A DNA stretch of 63,993 bases, counting the filler, from Stramenopiles sp. TOSAG23-2 (taxonomy: Eukaryota), in assembly GCA_900128395.1 (NCBI GenBank). It is 6 parts of 6 records of this genome, joined end to end, with 100 filler letters (N's around TTAATTAATTAA, not from the genome) between each part and the next. Parts side by side here need not be neighbours in the genome. Positions count along the whole stretch, not along the records: positions 1 to 10,830 come from LT649986.1; positions 10,931 to 21,753 come from LT649987.1; 4 more parts are not named here. One strand, written 5' to 3'. Of the stretch, positions 1 to 10,945 are shown piece after piece. The notes under the pieces are model-generated. The model ran no database searches, was not told where the DNA came from, and saw nothing but the letters and a program-made list of their open reading frames with translations. A program made the position numbers and the translations under genes. The stretch's first letter is position 1. Each line of letters starts with the position of its first letter.

Positions 1-576
1 ACAATTTGTAGAGATATGGAATATGCATCCTGAATATTTTGGCGATGAATGATATTTATTATGATATTATTTCTCAAAAGATATATGTATATATATGTAT
101 TCATAAATATGTAGTACATGGACCTTTTAGAGTTTTTTTTACATTATTATATACATCACAGGGTAAATTTTGGATCCGTCAATAAAGAAGAAGCAAAAAG
201 AAGAACTCTGATGAAGATTTTCCAGATTTAGGTTAAGGTGTATTATAGTGTGAAAAATTCATTTAATCCTATTTTATATACTACCTGTTGTGGAAGAAAA
301 TAAAACGAAACACCTTAAATTTTGTTTTTTCATCTGGCAGTTAAAATTTTTTAATTCGAATTTAACGAGTCGAATAAAAAAAAGTGAAAAAGCAAAAAGA
401 GAAAGTATGTATATATATATACTTTCGGTAGATTAAATTATTATTCTTATTACTTATCATTTATTGAGAAGTTTCATTTCTATTACTATTAGTATTACTT
501 ATCATTTTTTGAAAGTTTCATTACTATTATTATTATTATTACGAATACTATTACCACGGAAAACTTTTTTTTGAAA

Positions 577-3500
577 ATGACAGATGCATCAAATGTAGAA
601 CTTTCAGTATTATCACACCATGAACCAAGACCTGGTGAATGTACATATACTAGGCATGAAAATGGTGGTGGTGTTAATTTAAGACCACCCATTACACAGT
701 TGCGTACACCACATAAACGAGATATTGCAGAACTTTTTGATAATACACCCGTCAGTACCTTCGATGGACTAGAAACGCCAAATTCACCTATGCGGCGATC
801 AATGGACTCAACATCCTCCTCGGCCACAAAACAAAGTGGATTTAGCTTGGCTCCTATGCAATCACCACATCGTTTCCGTAGTGAAAGTTTCGATAGCAAT
901 GCTGGAGAAAATAATAATGCTACGCAAGACATTGCGCAACAAGATGATGGAGATAAGTTTGGCATGTGGGATGGCGTTTTTGCTCGTTGTTTATTGAATA
1001 TCTTTGGCGTTATTATGTTTTTACGCGTGCCATGGATGGTTGCATATGCTGGTATATTCAATTCATTATTGATTATATTGATTTCTGTATCAATAACAGG
1101 TATTTCTGCTACTTCTTTATCTGCAATTAGTACAAATGGAATTGTTGCGAATGGTGGTGCGTATTATATGATCAGTCGCAGTTTAGGTGCACAATTTGGT
1201 GGTGCGATTGGATTGATGTTTTACGTTGCAAATGCAGTTGGGTGTCCAATGTATTTGGTTGGCTTTGCTGAAACAATCGTTGGTTTAAGTGGTGGAAATA
1301 CACTTATGGTAGAAGGATGGGATTTACAAATTGTTGGGATATTATCATTATTATTTATATGCATTATCTGTTTTGCCGGATTGAAATATGTAGTAAAATT
1401 TCAATTAGTATTGCTTGGAATTTTAGTATTATCCATTTTAGCATTTATTATCGGAGCATTGGTTCCTTCGTTACATGATGATTTTCCTGCATGGACAAAT
1501 ATTGGTTCTCAGAATTTATGGGCTGATTACAATCGTGATGCGGCATATAAAGGAAAAGATGTAAATGGGACATTTGTTGAATTAACATGTGCATATCAAG
1601 AAAAAGGTACGCCGAATAAAATTATGCTAAACGCAAATGATACATTGCAAAAAGTTGACGGTACGGTTACATTCGGAGTTGTACTTGCCGTATTTTTCCC
1701 TGCAGTAACTGGTATTATGGCAGGTGCAAATATTAGTGGTGATTTAAAAGATCCAAGTTATGCTATTCCAAAAGGAACGAATTTAGCATTAGGAGTGAGT
1801 ACAATCATTTACATTGTATTGGCTATTATTGTTGGATTAGTTGGATTGCGAAGTGTACCTGGATTAGTAAAAGGTAGCGAATGCCCATATGGAGGAATTT
1901 ATCATGACTATTTATTTATGGCAAAAGCATCATTATGGCCACCAATAGTTTATGCTGGTATATTTGGAGCAACATTATCCAGTGCAATCGCTTCCTTAGT
2001 TGGTGCACCACGCATATTACAAGCTGTTGCGCAAGATAAATTATTTCCTGGCTTAGATATTTTTGGTAAAGGTGTTGGTAAAGGGAACGAGCCACTTGCC
2101 GCATATGGTTTAACCATGGCAATTACAATTGGATGCATATTAATCGGCGATTTAAATGCAATTGCTCCTTTAATTACAAACTTTTTCATGGCAAGTTATG
2201 CATTAACAAATCTTGCCGTTTACGAAGCATCCGCATCGAAAAGCCCTGGTTGGCGACCAACATTTAAATATTACAACAAATGGTTGTCCTTATTTGGCAC
2301 ATTTCTATGTTTTGGTTTCATGTTGTTTTTAAACGTATGGATGTCATTTTTCACTGTTATGATTGGTATTTTACTATACATTTTAGTTGGAAAAGTTGCA
2401 CCAAACGTGAATTGGGGTAGTTCTGGTGAAGGTGCGAAATATATCATGGCATATAGAAGTTTAAGATCATTAGCTGCTACGCAACAACATGTGAAAAATT
2501 GGCGACCGCAATTGCTTGCTATTGTTGGAAGTGAAGAAGCTGCAACGGCTGAAGAGGAAAAAGTGGATAATGGTGTGATTGCATTGTTACGGGATTTAAG
2601 AAAAGGTCATGGTTTAGCAATGGTTGGTGCTGTTTTAAACAATGAGCAAAGCACGAGCAAAGTAGATGGAGGGATTGATCCAGAAGCATTGTTGAAAATG
2701 AAAACTAGACGAACTCAGTTAAAATTGCAATTAGAAAAATGTTTGGTGAAAGGCTTTGCTGAAGTGGTACATGCGAAAAATGTACGTCAAGGCGTATATT
2801 CCATGTTACAAGTTGCTGGTATTGGATCCATGCGACCAAACACGTTGATTATTACCTTTAGAGAAGATTGGCATAACATGCCATATGAAGAAATTAGAGA
2901 ATATGTTGGAATGATAGGTGACGCATTTGATTTTGGATATGGTGTGGTTCTCATGCGTCGACCAGAAAAATATTATGAATATTCAAAAGAAATTATTGCA
3001 ATGCCAACAAGGGGTGGTGGTTTTTCATTTAGTTCAAAAAGAAAAATTAAAAAAGTTGCTCGTAAAGATTCAATTGATCAAGCTAAAGACGTTGTCAACA
3101 TGCCAAAAGCACAACGTACATCTATTATCAATTTAAGTATTGATGATGGCGATACAGAGGGTGCAATTAAGCAACCTGAAACAGAGAATACATTAGATGT
3201 GTGGTGGTTAAGCGATGATGGTGGTTTAACATTGTTACTTCCACATTTAATCATACGTAATCGTCGTAGATATCAAGAAACGAAAGGAATAACTATGCGT
3301 GTTATGAATACCATTGGGGAAGATGAGCTTGGACGTGCTGGAAGAGAATTAACACGTTTGGATACTTTAATCAATGATAAATTTCGTATTGGCGCGCAAG
3401 TATGTAATGTTATTTTAAAAAGCAAGAAACAACGAAAAATTCAAAATGAAAAACTTTGGAAAAGTTATGAAGAAAAATGGGAAAATGTAAAACAAATTTT

Positions 3501-3780
3501 GACAAATACAGAAAATATTCCAAAAGGTGCTGGTGATGATAATTTTAAATCATTGTTAAATAGTACTAAAAAGAAAGTGATATTAGGGGAGACAATTGCA
3601 TTTGAATCTGGGAAATCAAATTTAGCTGTTATCAATGTACCAGTTCCACGTAAAGATAAAATGGACGATCCATGGTACCCATATGAATATATGAGTTGGT
3701 TAGATGGATTATCACATGTTGATCGACCATGTTTATTAATTCATGGTAGTAATGTCGATTGCTTAACATTTTATTCGTAG
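577..3780 (+). CDS. SLC12 cation-chloride cotransporter (NKCC/KCC family), copy A
   Basis: Motifs FGMWDGVFARCLLNIFGVIMFLR, GGAYYMISRSLG, FFPAVTGIMAGANISGDLKDP, SPGWRPTFKYY, KNWRPQLL and LDVWWLSDDGGLTLLLP. First ATG at 577 (the ORF track starts at TTG 571). Confidence 0.95.
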   Translation: MTDASNVELSVLSHHEPRPGECTYTRHENGGGVNLRPPITQLRTPHKRDIAELFDNTPVSTFDGLETPNSPMRRSMDSTSSSATKQSGFSLAPMQSPHRFRSESFDSNAGENNNATQDIAQQDDGDKFGMWDGVFARCLLNIFGVIMFLRVPWMVAYAGIFNSLLIILISVSITGISATSLSAISTNGIVANGGAYYMISRSLGAQFGGAIGLMFYVANAVGCPMYLVGFAETIVGLSGGNTLMVEGWDLQIVGILSLLFICIICFAGLKYVVKFQLVLLGILVLSILAFIIGALVPSLHDDFPAWTNIGSQNLWADYNRDAAYKGKDVNGTFVELTCAYQEKGTPNKIMLNANDTLQKVDGTVTFGVVLAVFFPAVTGIMAGANISGDLKDPSYAIPKGTNLALGVSTIIYIVLAIIVGLVGLRSVPGLVKGSECPYGGIYHDYLFMAKASLWPPIVYAGIFGATLSSAIASLVGAPRILQAVAQDKLFPGLDIFGKGVGKGNEPLAAYGLTMAITIGCILIGDLNAIAPLITNFFMASYALTNLAVYEASASKSPGWRPTFKYYNKWLSLFGTFLCFGFMLFLNVWMSFFTVMIGILLYILVGKVAPNVNWGSSGEGAKYIMAYRSLRSLAATQQHVKNWRPQLLAIVGSEEAATAEEEKVDNGVIALLRDLRKGHGLAMVGAVLNNEQSTSKVDGGIDPEALLKMKTRRTQLKLQLEKCLVKGFAEVVHAKNVRQGVYSMLQVAGIGSMRPNTLIITFREDWHNMPYEEIREYVGMIGDAFDFGYGVVLMRRPEKYYEYSKEIIAMPTRGGGFSFSSKRKIKKVARKDSIDQAKDVVNMPKAQRTSIINLSIDDGDTEGAIKQPETENTLDVWWLSDDGGLTLLLPHLIIRNRRRYQETKGITMRVMNTIGEDELGRAGRELTRLDTLINDKFRIGAQVCNVILKSKKQRKIQNEKLWKSYEEKWENVKQILTNTENIPKGAGDDNFKSLLNSTKKKVILGETIAFESGKSNLAVINVPVPRKDKMDDPWYPYEYMSWLDGLSHVDRPCLLIHGSNVDCLTFYS

Positions 3781-4148
3781 AAGGAATGAAAAAAATATAT
3801 ATTTTATTTATTGTATAGGTACAGAGATATGATAATGGTCAAAAAATACGCGTATATTTTACGAACGTATTATACTCTTCGTAATATTATGATAATATGA
3901 TATGTGTACAAAGAGAAGTGTGTGTATATCTGTTTTAAATATTGTACGAAAGGTATCATACGAACTCGTACTCGTATATAATGTTTTTTGAAAAATAATC
4001 ACATATATTTGAGATATCTCATGTAACTACATGTACTCTACTTAGAATAATTTATCCACACATATATATAATACGATGATATCATACGAATATATCTCAT
4101 AACGAACGTACTACACTGATATCATAAACTTTTTATCATACTCTCTTT

Positions 4149-4706
4149 TTAATTACTATGTGGTTTTGAATCAATTTGTACAGTGCTTGGTAAATCAGTT
4201 AAACATTCTAAAAACAATGCTTGAAGCTCTTTGTGCTTCTGTTCATCTTTGCTTTTATACCATATGTCTAAACGATACGCCTGTTTAATGAATTGGTTGG
4301 TACGATTGTTTTTCTTACTTTTATCCACTACACGTATACCACATATTTCATCAATAATTGGTTTATTTTCACCAATAATTGTTAATGCTAAATTTTCCCA
4401 ATATTTATCTACTGCTGCAAGATCAATTTCAGATGTACGTATCCATATCTCACCACCTGGTGCATTCATTGGATCTTCCCATTCTGGTTTGATACCTTCG
4501 CGAAATATACTAAAACCTTCCACATCTCTTCCACTAATTTTATTCTTTGCTTTACCATTGAAAAAAAATTTACTAGGCAAAGGCATAATATCCCAATATC
4601 CCCAAAAATCTTCCACGGTATCAAATGTTGCTATTTTGGTATATTCTTTCCAATCTTTATGCTCAAACACTGCCCATGTCGTATTCAATTGATGTTTTTC
4701 CGTCAT
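4149..4706 (-). CDS. eIF4E: Translation initiation factor eIF4E family protein, copy A
   Basis: HQLNTTW, TFDTVEDFW, FREGIKPEWEDPMN, WENLALTIIGE, ICGIRVV and RLDIW match the conserved Trp pattern of eIF4E. Confidence 0.93.
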   Translation of the reverse strand: MTEKHQLNTTWAVFEHKDWKEYTKIATFDTVEDFWGYWDIMPLPSKFFFNGKAKNKISGRDVEGFSIFREGIKPEWEDPMNAPGGEIWIRTSEIDLAAVDKYWENLALTIIGENKPIIDEICGIRVVDKSKKNNRTNQFIKQAYRLDIWYKSKDEQKHKELQALFLECLTDLPSTVQIDSKPHSN

Positions 4707-5080
4707 GATTATTTAATATATATTATATATTCTTCTTTGAAATGTATTATTATTATTATTATTATTACTACTACTACTACTAAGAAAAGAAATGATTGAA
4801 CACCGATGCACAACACAATGTGGTTTCTACACTTATTCATTCTATTTTTTTAATCAATTTTATTACTAATATTAGAAATATATGCACATATTTTGGGGCA
4901 ATTTATCACCACCATAGAATTTTACCTGTGTTGTAATCTGGTAATAATGGAAGAAGAACGAAAGTAGAGAAGGGTAGTGCCTGCTGTCGGCCTGCTGTAA
5001 TGCTGTGTCCATATTATACCATGGTATTTTGATTTTGAATATTTGTTAATAGGGGGTTATTGTTTAGTTATATTGAAGAT

Positions 5081-5330
5081 AAGTATACAAAATAATTTAC
5101 AAAATAATTCGGACCAACAAAAATATAATAGGGGAGTACCAGGTTACAAGTATACAAAATAATTCGTACCAAAACAAAATGTAATAGGGGAGTACCAGGT
5201 TACAAGTATACAAAATAATTGGTACCAAAAAAATATAATAGGGAATTACCAGGACAAGTATACAAAATAAGTCGTACCAAAAAAATGTAATATAGTATCA
5301 AAATAATTCGTACCAAAAAGGTAATTAAGG
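5081..5330. repeat. Degenerate ~52-56 bp tandem repeat, 4-5 units (mirrored at ~5501-5750)
   Basis: Unit CAAGTATACAAAATAATTCGTACCAAAA...TAATAGGGGAGTACCAGGTTA, with CAAG starts at 5147, 5203 and 5255. Confidence 0.85.
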
Positions 5331-5377
5331 GAAATTATTTAAAAAAAAAAAATCATCGTCGTCGCGACGTGTCGTCG

Positions 5378-5453
<76 letters not shown>

Positions 5454-6124
5454 CGACGACACGTCGCGACGACGATGATTTTTTTTTTTTAAATAATTTC
5501 CCTTAATTACCTTTTTGGTACGAATTATTTTGATACTATATTACATTTTTTTGGTACGACTTATTTTGTATACTTGTCCTGGTAATTCCCTATTATATTT
5601 TTTTGGTACCAATTATTTTGTATACTTGTAACCTGGTACTCCCCTATTACATTTTGTTTTGGTACGAATTATTTTGTATACTTGTAACCTGGTACTCCCC
5701 TATTATATTTTTGTTGGTCCGAATTATTTTGTAAATTATTTTGTATACTTATCTTCAATATAACTAAACAATAACCCCCTATTAACAAATATTCAAAATC
5801 AAAATACCATGGTATAATATGGACACAGCATTACAGCAGGCCGACAGCAGGCACTACCCTTCTCTACTTTCGTTCTTCTTCCATTATTACCAGATTACAA
5901 CACAGGTAAAATTCTATGGTGGTGATAAATTGCCCCAAAATATGTGCATATATTTCTAATATTAGTAATAAAATTGATTAAAAAAATAGAATGAATAAGT
6001 GTAGAAACCACATTGTGTTGTGCATCGGTGTTCAATCATTTCTTTTCTTAGTAGTAGTAGTAGTAATAATAATAATAATAATAATACATTTCAAAGAAGA
6101 ATATATAATATATATTAAATAATC

Positions 6125-6682
6125 ATGACGGAAAAACATCAATTGAATACGACATGGGCAGTGTTTGAGCATAAAGATTGGAAAGAATATACCAAAATAG
6201 CAACATTTGATACCGTGGAAGATTTTTGGGGATATTGGGATATTATGCCTTTGCCTAGTAAATTTTTTTTCAATGGTAAAGCAAAGAATAAAATTAGTGG
6301 AAGAGATGTGGAAGGTTTTAGTATATTTCGCGAAGGTATCAAACCAGAATGGGAAGATCCAATGAATGCACCAGGTGGTGAGATATGGATACGTACATCT
6401 GAAATTGATCTTGCAGCAGTAGATAAATATTGGGAAAATTTAGCATTAACAATTATTGGTGAAAATAAACCAATTATTGATGAAATATGTGGTATACGTG
6501 TAGTGGATAAAAGTAAGAAAAACAATCGTACCAACCAATTCATTAAACAGGCGTATCGTTTAGACATATGGTATAAAAGCAAAGATGAACAGAAGCACAA
6601 AGAGCTTCAAGCATTGTTTTTAGAATGTTTAACTGATTTACCAAGCACTGTACAAATTGATTCAAAACCACATAGTAATTAA
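6125..6682 (+). CDS. eIF4E: eIF4E family protein, mirror copy B
   Basis: Identical translation to 4149-4706. Confidence 0.85.
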   Translation: MTEKHQLNTTWAVFEHKDWKEYTKIATFDTVEDFWGYWDIMPLPSKFFFNGKAKNKISGRDVEGFSIFREGIKPEWEDPMNAPGGEIWIRTSEIDLAAVDKYWENLALTIIGENKPIIDEICGIRVVDKSKKNNRTNQFIKQAYRLDIWYKSKDEQKHKELQALFLECLTDLPSTVQIDSKPHSN

Positions 6683-7050
6683 AAAGAGAGTATGATAAAA
6701 AGTTTATGATATCAGTGTAGTACGTTCGTTATGAGATATATTCGTATGATATCATCGTATTATATATATGTGTGGATAAATTATTCTAAGTAGAGTACAT
6801 GTAGTTACATGAGATATCTCAAATATATGTGATTATTTTTCAAAAAACATTATATACGAGTACGAGTTCGTATGATACCTTTCGTACAATATTTAAAACA
6901 GATATACACACACTTCTCTTTGTACACATATCATATTATCATAATATTACGAAGAGTATAATACGTTCGTAAAATATACGCGTATTTTTTGACCATTATC
7001 ATATCTCTGTACCTATACAATAAATAAAATATATATTTTTTTCATTCCTT

Positions 7051-10000
7051 CTACGAATAAAATGTTAAGCAATCGACATTACTACCATGAATTAATAAAC
7101 ATGGTCGATCAACATGTGATAATCCATCTAACCAACTCATATATTCATATGGGTACCATGGATCGTCCATTTTATCTTTACGTGGAACTGGTACATTGAT
7201 AACAGCTAAATTTGATTTCCCAGATTCAAATGCAATTGTCTCCCCTAATATCACTTTCTTTTTAGTACTATTTAACAATGATTTAAAATTATCATCACCA
7301 GCACCTTTTGGAATATTTTCTGTATTTGTCAAAATTTGTTTTACATTTTCCCATTTTTCTTCATAACTTTTCCAAAGTTTTTCATTTTGAATTTTTCGTT
7401 GTTTCTTGCTTTTTAAAATAACATTACATACTTGCGCGCCAATACGAAATTTATCATTGATTAAAGTATCCAAACGTGTTAATTCTCTTCCAGCACGTCC
7501 AAGCTCATCTTCCCCAATGGTATTCATAACACGCATAGTTATTCCTTTCGTTTCTTGATATCTACGACGATTACGTATGATTAAATGTGGAAGTAACAAT
7601 GTTAAACCACCATCATCGCTTAACCACCACACATCTAATGTATTCTCTGTTTCAGGTTGCTTAATTGCACCCTCTGTATCGCCATCATCAATACTTAAAT
7701 TGATAATAGATGTACGTTGTGCTTTTGGCATGTTGACAACGTCTTTAGCTTGATCAATTGAATCTTTACGAGCAACTTTTTTAATTTTTCTTTTTGAACT
7801 AAATGAAAAACCACCACCCCTTGTTGGCATTGCAATAATTTCTTTTGAATATTCATAATATTTTTCTGGTCGACGCATGAGAACCACACCATATCCAAAA
7901 TCAAATGCGTCACCTATCATTCCAACATATTCTCTAATTTCTTCATATGGCATGTTATGCCAATCTTCTCTAAAGGTAATAATCAACGTGTTTGGTCGCA
8001 TGGATCCAATACCAGCAACTTGTAACATGGAATATACGCCTTGACGTACATTTTTCGCATGTACCACTTCAGCAAAGCCTTTCACCAAACATTTTTCTAA
8101 TTGCAATTTTAACTGAGTTCGTCTAGTTTTCATTTTCAACAATGCTTCTGGATCAATCCCTCCATCTACTTTGCTCGTGCTTTGCTCATTGTTTAAAACA
8201 GCACCAACCATTGCTAAACCATGACCTTTTCTTAAATCCCGTAACAATGCAATCACACCATTATCCACTTTTTCCTCTTCAGCCGTTGCAGCTTCTTCAC
8301 TTCCAACAATAGCAAGCAATTGCGGTCGCCAATTTTTCACATGTTGTTGCGTAGCAGCTAATGATCTTAAACTTCTATATGCCATGATATATTTCGCACC
8401 TTCACCAGAACTACCCCAATTCACGTTTGGTGCAACTTTTCCAACTAAAATGTATAGTAAAATACCAATCATAACAGTGAAAAATGACATCCATACGTTT
8501 AAAAACAACATGAAACCAAAACATAGAAATGTGCCAAATAAGGACAACCATTTGTTGTAATATTTAAATGTTGGTCGCCAACCAGGGCTTTTCGATGCGG
8601 ATGCTTCGTAAACGGCAAGATTTGTTAATGCATAACTTGCCATGAAAAAGTTTGTAATTAAAGGAGCAATTGCATTTAAATCGCCGATTAATATGCATCC
8701 AATTGTAATTGCCATGGTTAAACCATATGCGGCAAGTGGCTCGTTCCCTTTACCAACACCTTTACCAAAAATATCTAAGCCAGGAAATAATTTATCTTGC
8801 GCAACAGCTTGTAATATGCGTGGTGCACCAACTAAGGAAGCGATTGCACTGGATAATGTTGCTCCAAATATACCAGCATAAACTATTGGTGGCCATAATG
8901 ATGCTTTTGCCATAAATAAATAGTCATGATAAATTCCTCCATATGGGCATTCGCTACCTTTTACTAATCCAGGTACACTTCGCAATCCAACTAATCCAAC
9001 AATAATAGCCAATACAATGTAAATGATTGTACTCACTCCTAATGCTAAATTCGTTCCTTTTGGAATAGCATAACTTGGATCTTTTAAATCACCACTAATA
9101 TTTGCACCTGCCATAATACCAGTTACTGCAGGGAAAAATACGGCAAGTACAACTCCGAATGTAACCGTACCGTCAACTTTTTGCAATGTATCATTTGCGT
9201 TTAGCATAATTTTATTCGGCGTACCTTTTTCTTGATATGCACATGTTAATTCAACAAATGTCCCATTTACATCTTTTCCTTTATATGCCGCATCACGATT
9301 GTAATCAGCCCATAAATTCTGAGAACCAATATTTGTCCATGCAGGAAAATCATCATGTAACGAAGGAACCAATGCTCCGATAATAAATGCTAAAATGGAT
9401 AATACTAAAATTCCAAGCAATACTAATTGAAATTTTACTACATATTTCAATCCGGCAAAACAGATAATGCATATAAATAATAATGATAATATCCCAACAA
9501 TTTGTAAATCCCATCCTTCTACCATAAGTGTATTTCCACCACTTAAACCAACGATTGTTTCAGCAAAGCCAACCAAATACATTGGACACCCAACTGCATT
9601 TGCAACGTAAAACATCAATCCAATCGCACCACCAAATTGTGCACCTAAACTGCGACTGATCATATAATACGCACCACCATTCGCAACAATTCCATTTGTA
9701 CTAATTGCAGATAAAGAAGTAGCAGAAATACCTGTTATTGATACAGAAATCAATATAATCAATAATGAATTGAATATACCAGCATATGCAACCATCCATG
9801 GCACGCGTAAAAACATAATAACGCCAAAGATATTCAATAAACAACGAGCAAAAACGCCATCCCACATGCCAAACTTATCTCCATCATCTTGTTGCGCAAT
9901 GTCTTGCGTAGCATTATTATTTTCTCCAGCATTGCTATCGAAACTTTCACTACGGAAACGATGTGGTGATTGCATAGGAGCCAAGCTAAATCCACTTTGT

Positions 10001-10254
10001 TTTGTGGCCGAGGAGGATGTTGAGTCCATTGATCGCCGCATAGGTGAATTTGGCGTTTCTAGTCCATCGAAGGTACTGACGGGTGTATTATCAAAAAGTT
10101 CTGCAATATCTCGTTTATGTGGTGTACGCAACTGTGTAATGGGTGGTCTTAAATTAACACCACCACCATTTTCATGCCTAGTATATGTACATTCACCAGG
10201 TCTTGGTTCATGGTGTGATAATACTGAAAGTTCTACATTTGATGCATCTGTCAT
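7051..10254 (-). CDS. SLC12 cation-chloride cotransporter, mirror copy B
   Basis: Identical translation to 577-3780. Confidence 0.85.
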   Translation of the reverse strand: MTDASNVELSVLSHHEPRPGECTYTRHENGGGVNLRPPITQLRTPHKRDIAELFDNTPVSTFDGLETPNSPMRRSMDSTSSSATKQSGFSLAPMQSPHRFRSESFDSNAGENNNATQDIAQQDDGDKFGMWDGVFARCLLNIFGVIMFLRVPWMVAYAGIFNSLLIILISVSITGISATSLSAISTNGIVANGGAYYMISRSLGAQFGGAIGLMFYVANAVGCPMYLVGFAETIVGLSGGNTLMVEGWDLQIVGILSLLFICIICFAGLKYVVKFQLVLLGILVLSILAFIIGALVPSLHDDFPAWTNIGSQNLWADYNRDAAYKGKDVNGTFVELTCAYQEKGTPNKIMLNANDTLQKVDGTVTFGVVLAVFFPAVTGIMAGANISGDLKDPSYAIPKGTNLALGVSTIIYIVLAIIVGLVGLRSVPGLVKGSECPYGGIYHDYLFMAKASLWPPIVYAGIFGATLSSAIASLVGAPRILQAVAQDKLFPGLDIFGKGVGKGNEPLAAYGLTMAITIGCILIGDLNAIAPLITNFFMASYALTNLAVYEASASKSPGWRPTFKYYNKWLSLFGTFLCFGFMLFLNVWMSFFTVMIGILLYILVGKVAPNVNWGSSGEGAKYIMAYRSLRSLAATQQHVKNWRPQLLAIVGSEEAATAEEEKVDNGVIALLRDLRKGHGLAMVGAVLNNEQSTSKVDGGIDPEALLKMKTRRTQLKLQLEKCLVKGFAEVVHAKNVRQGVYSMLQVAGIGSMRPNTLIITFREDWHNMPYEEIREYVGMIGDAFDFGYGVVLMRRPEKYYEYSKEIIAMPTRGGGFSFSSKRKIKKVARKDSIDQAKDVVNMPKAQRTSIINLSIDDGDTEGAIKQPETENTLDVWWLSDDGGLTLLLPHLIIRNRRRYQETKGITMRVMNTIGEDELGRAGRELTRLDTLINDKFRIGAQVCNVILKSKKQRKIQNEKLWKSYEEKWENVKQILTNTENIPKGAGDDNFKSLLNSTKKKVILGETIAFESGKSNLAVINVPVPRKDKMDDPWYPYEYMSWLDGLSHVDRPCLLIHGSNVDCLTFYS

Positions 10255-10830
10255 TTTCAAAAAAAAGTTTTCCGTGGTAATAGTATTCGTAATAATAATA
10301 ATAATAGTAATGAAACTTTCAAAAAATGATAAGTAATACTAATAGTAATAGAAATGAAACTTCTCAATAAATGATAAGTAATAAGAATAATAATTTAATC
10401 TACCGAAAGTATATATATATACATACTTTCTCTTTTTGCTTTTTCACTTTTTTTTATTCGACTCGTTAAATTCGAATTAAAAAATTTTAACTGCCAGATG
10501 AAAAAACAAAATTTAAGGTGTTTCGTTTTATTTTCTTCCACAACAGGTAGTATATAAAATAGGATTAAATGAATTTTTCACACTATAATACACCTTAACC
10601 TAAATCTGGAAAATCTTCATCAGAGTTCTTCTTTTTGCTTCTTCTTTATTGACGGATCCAAAATTTACCCTGTGATGTATATAATAATGTAAAAAAAACT
10701 CTAAAAGGTCCATGTACTACATATTTATGAATACATATATATACATATATCTTTTGAGAAATAATATCATAATAAATATCATTCATCGCCAAAATATTCA
10801 GGATGCATATTCCATATCTCTACAAATAAT

Positions 10831-10930
10831 NNNNNNNNNNNNNNNNNNNNNNNNNNNNNNNNNNNNNNNNNNNNTTAATTAATTAANNNNNNNNNNNNNN
10901 NNNNNNNNNNNNNNNNNNNNNNNNNNNNNN
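10831..10930. other. Artificial contig spacer (also 21754-21853, 32656-32755, 43554-43653, 54434-54533)
   Basis: N44-TTAATTAATTAA-N44 linker repeated identically five times. Confidence 0.99.
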
Positions 10931-10945
10931 AAATTAGCATGGACA

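Larger units (their letters stand above)
1..10830. repeat. Whole-contig palindrome with 5415-bp arms, centre 5415/5416
   Basis: Mirrored ORF coordinates sum to 10831 and the proteins are identical. The centre is A36-T-A-T38. The mismatches I could see are at the centre (5414/5417) and in the terminal 3 nt. Confidence 0.97.

Noticed and set aside
495-1061. Many antisense or nested ORFs (e.g. 495-1061, 4231-4692, 17847-18404, 22960-23523, 61292-61888)
   Set aside because: Shadow frames of real genes or microsatellite translations with no recognisable motifs.
5081-5330. Short repeats here and at 44781-45252 and 50096-50436 as CRISPR-like arrays
   Set aside because: Whole units repeat with no unique spacers, there are no cas genes, and the context is eukaryotic.
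10831-10930. Repeated TTAATTAATTAA motif within N runs, and ORFs reading through it (ending XXXLIN)
   Set aside because: Artificial concatenation linker with stop codons, not biological.
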